Assembly (NCBI GenBank): GCA_963747695.1 | Contig: CAVVFV010000008.1 | Coordinates: 11,592-75,591, forward strand | DNA length: 64,000 nt | Reading direction: 5' to 3' | From: Candidatus Falkowbacteria bacterium | GTDB lineage: Bacteria; Patescibacteriota; Patescibacteriia; Patescibacteriales; WJLG01 | Shown: piece by piece, positions 53,303 to 61,500 of the stretch | Position numbering within the stretch: position 1 is the stretch's first letter | How the letters are laid out: each line of letters starts with the position of its first letter | The notes under the pieces: model-generated | Database searches by the model: none | Told to the model about the DNA's origin: nothing | Seen by the model: only the letters and a program-made list of their open reading frames with translations | Position numbers and translations under genes: made by a program

Positions 53303-54154
53303 ATGAAGCTAATCGACACTCACTCCCACGTCAATTTTAAGAAATTCTCCGCCGACGCCGATCAAGTTATTCTCAATGCCTTGAATAACGAGACCGGGAT
53401 GATTATTGTCGGCGCTGATTACAAAACTTCCAAGCGGGCGCTGGATCTGGCTAATAAATATGAAAAGGGCGTTTATGCCTCGGTCGGTTTGCATCCGGTG
53501 CATCTGGAAGATATCACCGAAGCCGGCGAGGACGGCCGGGAAGTGGTCCGCGTGCGCGCCGAAGAATTCATTTATGATAATTATGAGAAGCTGGCCGAGT
53601 TCGAGAAGACCGTGGCCATCGGCGAGATCGGCCTGGATTATTATCATCTGAAACTTTCGCCGGACCTGGAAAATTCTAAAAAAAAGCAGAGAGAAGTTTT
53701 CGTCAAACAGCTTTTGCTCGCCCGCAATTTTGATCTGCCGGCGATCATCCATTGCCGCGTGGCGCACGACGATCTGCTGGCCACTTTGAAAAAATTCCGC
53801 GAAGACTATAAAGAAAAAATTCCTTTGGACAAACCTTGGGGGGTGATTCATTGTTTTTCCGGCGACGAAAATCTGGCCTGGGAATATTTCCGTCTCGGTT
53901 TTATGATCTCCTTTACCGGCATCATCACTTTCAGCCAGCAATGGGACAGCCTGATCCGCAAGATGCCGCTCGATAAATTCATGGTGGAAACCGATTGTCC
54001 GTTTATGACGCCGGAACCTTTTCGGGGGAAGAGGAATGAGCCGGCCTTGGTCGCTTACGTGGCCGAACGGATCGCTGCCATCCGCGGCGTCGAACCGGAC
54101 CGCATTGCCGAAGTCTCCACCGAAAATGCCAGAAGGTTTTTTAACATCTCATAG
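53303..54154 (+). CDS. tatD: TatD-family metal-dependent hydrolase/DNase
   Basis: LIDTHSH, GEIGLDY, IIHCR, IHCFSG and ETDCPF motifs. Confidence 0.88.
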   Translation: MKLIDTHSHVNFKKFSADADQVILNALNNETGMIIVGADYKTSKRALDLANKYEKGVYASVGLHPVHLEDITEAGEDGREVVRVRAEEFIYDNYEKLAEFEKTVAIGEIGLDYYHLKLSPDLENSKKKQREVFVKQLLLARNFDLPAIIHCRVAHDDLLATLKKFREDYKEKIPLDKPWGVIHCFSGDENLAWEYFRLGFMISFTGIITFSQQWDSLIRKMPLDKFMVETDCPFMTPEPFRGKRNEPALVAYVAERIAAIRGVEPDRIAEVSTENARRFFNIS

Positions 54155-54213
54155 CAGGTGACATATATCAGGTAGCAGGTAGCATGCTATTTTTTTTGTG
54201 GCAAAATCTAATC

Positions 54214-54241
54214 TTGACAACACTGGAAGAAGTGATAAAAT
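54214..54241 (+). promoter_or_regulatory. groESL promoter (TTGACA-16 nt-TGaTAAAAT)
   Basis: -35 TTGACA at 54214-54219, TG at 54233-54234 and -10 TAAAAT at 54236-54241. Confidence 0.65.
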
Positions 54242-54252
54242 AAGGTATGCTT

Positions 54253-54279
54253 TTAGCACTTCAAGCGTTGGAGTGCTAA
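54253..54279 (+). promoter_or_regulatory. CIRCE operator (HrcA binding site)
   Basis: TTAGCACTT-N9-GAGTGCTAA against the consensus TTAGCACTC-N9-GAGTGCTAA. Confidence 0.9.
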
Positions 54280-54293
54280 CCAATTATTTAATA

Positions 54294-54477
54294 TGATGCT
54301 AATCCGCAAATGAGCGCGAATGCCGCGAAAACCGCGAATAACACACCCCGTCAAGCCGAGGCGGCTTGCCACCCCTCTCCCACGCATCGCTTCGCTTTGC
54401 GGGGCAAGCGAGAAGGGAATTATTTAATTATTCGCATTTTTCGCGGCATTCGCGACTTTTTCGCAGCATTCGCATCA
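54294..54477. repeat. Nested palindromic element in the groES 5' leader (CGAATGC arms, GC core, extra insert)
   Basis: Arms TGATGCTAATCCGCAAATGAGCGCGAATGCCGCGAAAACCGCGAATAA and TTATTCGCATTTTTCGCGGCATTCGCGACTTTTTCGCAGCATTCGCATCA. Core is CAAGCCG-AGG-CGGCTTG (54352-54368) plus CCCCTCTC-[30 nt]-GAGAAGGG (54372-54417). Confidence 0.85.
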
Positions 54478-54485
54478 GAATTTTT

Positions 54486-54773
54486 ATGACAATTAAACCT
54501 CTTCACGACAATGTGGTCATTAAACCGGTGGTCGCGGAAAAGACCACCAAAGCCGGAATCGTTTTACCGGACACGGTCGATAAAGGCAAACCCGAGCAGG
54601 GCACGGTAATGGCGGTCGGTACGGGAAAAATTTTGGACAACGGCCAGCTGGCCAGGATGTCGGTCAAGGTCGGGGATAAAGTGATGTTCAAAAAATACGC
54701 CGCGGACGAGATCGAAATCGGCGGCGAGAAAATGATTTTAATTTCCGAGTCGGATATTTTAGCAATATTATAA
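54486..54773 (+). CDS. groES: Co-chaperonin GroES
   Basis: I prefer the ATG at 54486 (MTIKPLHDNVVIKPV...). The track's extension reads through the repeat. Confidence 0.92.
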   Translation: MTIKPLHDNVVIKPVVAEKTTKAGIVLPDTVDKGKPEQGTVMAVGTGKILDNGQLARMSVKVGDKVMFKKYAADEIEIGGEKMILISESDILAIL

Positions 54774-56543
<1,770 letters not shown>

Positions 56544-56629
56544 GCGGAAATTTTCAATTTTCAATTATCAATTTTCAAACAATTTTGAATAAAAAAGATG
56601 GGGTTGAGGCCCTGTCTTTTTTTAGAACT

Positions 56630-56658
56630 TTGACAAATATATTAAATAATGATAGCAT
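56630..56658 (+). promoter_or_regulatory. Promoter TTGACA-14 nt-TGaTAGCAT
   Basis: TTGACAAATATATTAAATAATGATAGCAT is paralogous to the sequence at 57717-57745. Confidence 0.5.
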
Positions 56659-56732
56659 AATTTAATATTTATTTTGGACTTTGAAAATTAGTAGAGTTAG
56701 CTAAATAAACCATTAAGCGAAGGGAGCCAGCA

Positions 56733-57650
56733 ATGGCAGAAAAAATTTATTTCAATGGGTTGGGTGGAGTTGTGGTCGGAAGCATTACCGGTATTGTGCT
56801 GGTACACCGGTTCGGGTGGAATCAGTGGTGGCAGATTGTCGGGGCGATAATCGTCGGCGGGCTAATCGGTCTTACGGCGGCAGATCCGAAATGGGTACTC
56901 GGCAAACTGGCGCAAAGTTATAAGAATTTTTTCCCAAAGGAGGAAGACGCACCCGCTCCGGAAAAGAAAAAAATAAGCGCGGCGCAGTTTTTTTTCAACG
57001 CCAGCGTGACTGCGAGATGGATACTGACCTTTGCCAGCGTCTTCATTCTTATGTTGGCACCAGCGGCTGCTAAGATTATGTTTCACGTGAATGTATCAGA
57101 TGTCGGCTTCGCCCCCAACGATTTGGCTATCCTTCCTTTCGTTCTTTTGATCGGACTACTGTTGGCATTCTTTTTAACGCCGCTTTTCGATCAGGAGAAT
57201 TTTCTCAACCAAAAATATTGGAATAAATCAAAACTGCATTGCAACGGCAGGAGTCATGTTGACACGCAAGATCTTGCTGAATATTATGGCTTCTGGGGAG
57301 CAGAAAAACAGATGCTACTGATCGGCGTATATTCGACTTTCAGAGTGCTTTTGCTGTACGTGCAAATCGCGCTGTTTATTCCGGCCAATATTTTTTTTCT
57401 CTTGGTCGCCGCGGTTTATCTTCTGCGCGAAATCGCGAAAAGCGCCCGGCACCTGTTGATTTTTTTGAGCATCAACTTGAGCATTATCGTGGCGACCTGC
57501 TGTTCGTCCTTGATTCCGGCATTGATCTGGGGATTGCTAAGCGGCGTGTTGTTCTATCACGTTTCCTTCAAACTATCGCGGCTGCCTTTTGTCAAATTCA
57601 CTAAAGCCTACCGCGGCTATAGTATAATTTGGTGCTGGAAATTAAGTTAA
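56733..57650 (+). CDS. Multi-pass membrane protein (hypothetical, 305 aa)
   Basis: About seven hydrophobic helices and a weak SD (GGGAG). I recognise no family. Confidence 0.55.
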   Translation: MAEKIYFNGLGGVVVGSITGIVLVHRFGWNQWWQIVGAIIVGGLIGLTAADPKWVLGKLAQSYKNFFPKEEDAPAPEKKKISAAQFFFNASVTARWILTFASVFILMLAPAAAKIMFHVNVSDVGFAPNDLAILPFVLLIGLLLAFFLTPLFDQENFLNQKYWNKSKLHCNGRSHVDTQDLAEYYGFWGAEKQMLLIGVYSTFRVLLLYVQIALFIPANIFFLLVAAVYLLREIAKSARHLLIFLSINLSIIVATCCSSLIPALIWGLLSGVLFYHVSFKLSRLPFVKFTKAYRGYSIIWCWKLS

Positions 57651-57683
57651 GGGTTTTCAAACGCAATTTTTCGTCTGTCCTTT

Positions 57684-57713
57684 TAGGGATCGGTATTAAA
57701 CCGGTCCCTATTT
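57684..57713 (+). terminator. Hairpin, possible terminator
   Basis: TAGGGATCGG-TATTAAA-CCGGTCCCTA followed by TTT. Confidence 0.5.
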
Positions 57714-57716
57714 ATA

Positions 57717-57745
57717 TTGACAAATAGATTAGAAAATGATATCGT
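57717..57745 (+). promoter_or_regulatory. Promoter TTGACA-14 nt-TGaTATCGT
   Basis: TTGACAAATAGATTAGAAAATGATATCGT is paralogous to the sequence at 56630-56658. Confidence 0.5.
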
Positions 57746-57815
57746 GACAAAGTAAAAATTGATGGGTCGAAAGTTATTTTTCTAACAAAAAAAATGAGGA
57801 CAAAGGAGGTTAAAC

Positions 57816-58052
57816 ATGGGGATTGGTAATGAACTCGAAAAATTGGCCGGAAAAGTTATTGTGATTTCTAAAGATAGATATTCAGGCGTAATCACAATAT
57901 TTTATGACGAAGAAGATCAACGTCCGATTGGGTCGCTGAGTTCTAAAATCATAAAGATTGATCGAGATTCTTTTACTACTGATTCGGGGGATGTTTATGC
58001 ATTAAGTTTTGTAAGTAAAATTGTATATCATTCGCCATTTAAATCAGGATGA
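57816..58052 (+). CDS. Small hypothetical protein (78 aa)
   Basis: Strong SD (AAAGGAGG-ttaaac-ATG). A terminator follows. Confidence 0.55.
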   Translation: MGIGNELEKLAGKVIVISKDRYSGVITIFYDEEDQRPIGSLSSKIIKIDRDSFTTDSGDVYALSFVSKIVYHSPFKSG

Positions 58053-58087
58053 AAAAAATAATTCAGAGTCCTTCTGAGATCATAATG

Positions 58088-58117
58088 AAGGGGCAGGTAT
58101 TAAGCCGCCCCTTTTTT
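58088..58117 (+). terminator. Rho-independent terminator
   Basis: AAGGGGC...GCCCCTT stem followed by TTTTTT. Confidence 0.7.
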
Positions 58118-58381
58118 ATTTCAAGGAATTAGTTCTAATTCGTCCCTTTGGGGGAGGAATTTTTTTGTATGCAAAAAAAATTAATTTAGTCAAACTGTAC
58201 AAAAAATGTGCACACAAGTTATCCACAACAATCAATTAAAAATTAAAAAATAAAAATTAAAAATTTGCTTTATTTTCCTGCCCTTTTTGAGAAGAAAAAC
58301 ATCCCTGATATTTTTAGTAATAATAGAGAAAAAAAATTAACAAAAAATGCTCAATTTTCCAGCAAAAGGGACTCAGGAAGT

Positions 58382-58390
58382 GATATAATT
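58382..58390 (+). promoter_or_regulatory. Extended -10 promoter TGATATAAT upstream of the giant gene
   Basis: TGnTATAAT in an AT-rich region. The palindrome TTGTATATACAA lies just downstream. Confidence 0.4.
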
Positions 58391-58537
58391 ATATTGTATA
58401 TACAATATATGCGAAGGGGACTTTCAGCGCGACAAAAAGCGGGAAAAATAAGGCCTCGGTCTTTTGGTATTCGGGCGGGGCGGCAGCGGACAAAAAAAAT
58501 CCGCGGCTTTGGTTTTTCCATCAACTGTTCAAAAATT

Positions 58538-61500
58538 TTGATCATCGCTTTTTATCTATTGGCGATCGGCGGTTTTGTCGTCGTCTTGGATAAGTCCTTG
58601 CACGCGACCGCCAACGACAATCTGGCGACGGTTAATTTTTACGCCAATGCGGCGCGAGTCGAGGGTGCGGACAATTCCTGGACGGGGATCGACCAGGTTC
58701 TGGGCGCGCCGCAAGTAGCGGATTCGGGCGAGGCAAGCGATTTCAACTCTGAAAATTCCGCAATCTATTCCGGCGGCCGGCAAGCTTTGATTCTTGATAA
58801 TTTTACCACCGAAGATTTCATTAAAAGTTCCGCTCCGGTCGAGGTGACCTCGTCCCCGCAAGCCGCGGCGAAAAATAATCAGCTGCCAAATATTTTAGCG
58901 ACTTCGAGCGCCGCAGGCACCAGCGGAGCAGAAACTTCTTCCAGCGCGTCGATTATTTCTTTGCCGCTTGAAAGCGCTTCTTCTTCCGCGGATAATTCCA
59001 GCGGCTCCGTTAGTCCGGCTCCGGCTGATTCCGGCAATGAAGTTCCAGCTCCGCCGCCCGCGGATAATTCTTCGGCTGTCGAACCGGCAACGCCGGCGAT
59101 GCCGTCCGACAATTTTTCGCCCGCCGATCCGGCCGCACCCGCGCCAACGGCGCCGGCTGATAATTCCACGGTAAGCGAACCGGCGGCGACGACGGTACCT
59201 GAGACTGATAATAATTCTTCGCCGGCGGCGGCTGATCAAGCTCCGGCACCGGACGTGCAGAATCATTTACCTGATGCGGGCAGCGTTGCTCCGGATAACG
59301 GCGATTCGAGCGGACCGGTGTCGTGGCTCAAGGAAATTGGAAATATTTTAGCGGTTAGCAAAAATCAGTTCGGCGAGACTTTGCTCGGCAAGTTGGCGTT
59401 AGCCGATTCGCAATGGGGTTCGGACGCCGATGACCGTAACATCCTTTTTGGGCCGTTCAAGAGCGCTAAGATCAAAGTTTCCATCGCCGCAATCGAACAA
59501 GCCGCGGCGGAAAATACTTTCCCGGCTTCATCGGGCGCGATAGCTTCTTCGACCGATTCAATCCCGGCTCAAGCGGCCACGGGAACCAGTCCGGATAAGC
59601 AGCCGGCCGCCGCGGCAGTGGAAACGACAACCAATAACGATAGTTCGGCTTCTTCCTCGGTAAATTCGGGCACTACCGGCGGTGTTATCCAAAAGATCTT
59701 GGATTTCTTCGCGCCGGGCAAAGCCGGCGCTGCGGAAATCGATCCGGCGACCAACGGCGCGCCGATCGTTATCTGGTATTCGTTTGCCGACGAAGGCGAC
59801 GGCAATGTCTGGCGGCAGCTCGGTGTGATCGACTCGGGAGCGCTGGCTAATGGCGATCGCGGCGGCTATCTTACTTTTGACGCGCCGTTCCTGAACGACT
59901 GGCGCGATCTCGATAATCTGCGTTTGAAATTCGCCGGTACCGACGGCACGGGAAATTTTAAAGCCTACTTGGACAGCGCTTGGGTGGAAATTTCTTATCA
60001 GAACGGACCGGACAAAGTCGAGACTCCCCCGGCGAATACCGACAAGGACAAATTGGAGATTGACGGCAAGGAAATCAATTTTACCTGGACTGATAATAAC
60101 AGCAATGAGAATCTGATCATCAAATCGGATGCGAAAAAATATTTCGGGCTGACCGACGCCGAAATGTATTTCAGCGTGGAGAATACCGGCGTCCGCGACG
60201 AAGCCGTCAATTTCCAGTTTTATTTTCCGGCGACCAGTTCGCAGGTAATCAAATTGAATGAACTCGTGCCCCACAGTCCATACTTAACCGAAGTGCCGCA
60301 GTATCAGGCGCAGATTTACGATTGCGCCAACGGCTGGGACAAGCGGGGAAATATTTGGAGTTGCTATCCGACGGGAGAAGATAGAGCTTGCGGCGAGGTC
60401 AGCCCCAACCGCCGCTATTGCCGGATCAACGGCGTGATGACCGGCACGGTCGAGAAGATCCAGTACGCCGACCGCTGGCAGGAACTCGGTTTGGACGGGA
60501 AAGCGATCGCGACCCAGGAAGGGTTGCTGCAGAAATTATTCGGCCTGGGTCCGCAGACCAAGGAAGTGCCGGAAAATTTTGTTAATAAGAAAACTACGGC
60601 CGACACGGTGACGATCGCGCCGGGCGAGGTAAAATATTTTAAAGCGAGCCTGAATTTTCCCGCCAACACGGAAGGAGAATTTTATGTCGAAGCGATCGGC
60701 GGCGGCGACGGTTACGGGTTGCTTGATCCCTGGTGGAATTCGGGCTGGAATTATCGCTTGCCGATCACCATCGATAACTCGGGCAATACCAACGCGCTCA
60801 CCGATTACCAGGTTTATCTGGAAATTTCTTCTTCGACCAGCCGCGATTTCTGGCGCAACATCAAACCGGACGGCAGCGATATCCGTTTTACCGATTCCGC
60901 TCAAACCACCGAATTGCCGTATTGGGTGCAGTCTTTCGATTCAACCGCTTCTTCGGCAAAAATCTGGGTCAAAGTCGATTCGATCCCGGCGGCGACAACC
61001 AGCAAGATTTATTTGTATTACGGCAACGGCGGCGCGTCCAGCGCTTCCGACCAGTTCGCGCCGTTCACTTTTTCAACTTTGCAGAATATTTTTTATACGG
61101 CGAGTTCCTCGGCAGCCAAAACCATCAACGTCGTCAGTTTGATCGATAACAATCAGGTGCAATTGGATAACGGCACGGCGATCAATCTGAGCCGGCAGCA
61201 GACTGCCGTCTTTACCGGTTTTTCCGCGACGTCGGTAGTCAAAGCCAAAGGGCCGATCATGGCCAAACTGTCCGGCGGCGCCGGTTTGGAATCGGCCATC
61301 CCGATTTCTTTTGCCGGCAGCGATTTTGTGATTCCTTCCAACCGCGGGCAAGAAAGTTTTAATTTTTACGCGCCGTTCGCGGCCGCCAACATTACGCTTG
61401 CCGATGGCCAAACTTTGAAGCAAAGCCAAGCGGTAAATCAAGGAAGCGCCTGGACCACCGAGCAGGATATCGCCACCGACAGCATCGCGATCGTAGGAAG

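Noticed and set aside
54366-54485. N-terminal extensions proposed by the track for groES (54366), galU (48841), the small membrane protein (41118), GT2 (47961), the 55-aa ORF (52754), the polysaccharide-locus protein (24851) and the HTH gene (29673).
   Set aside because: The extensions run through repeat elements or overlap upstream genes. Internal ATGs give N-termini that match the conserved family starts.
58410-58451. A 13-codon uORF (MRRGLSARQKGEK) upstream of the giant gene, considered as a real peptide gene.
   Set aside because: It is too short, has no SD and lies out of frame. I mention it only as context for the uncertain start of the giant gene.
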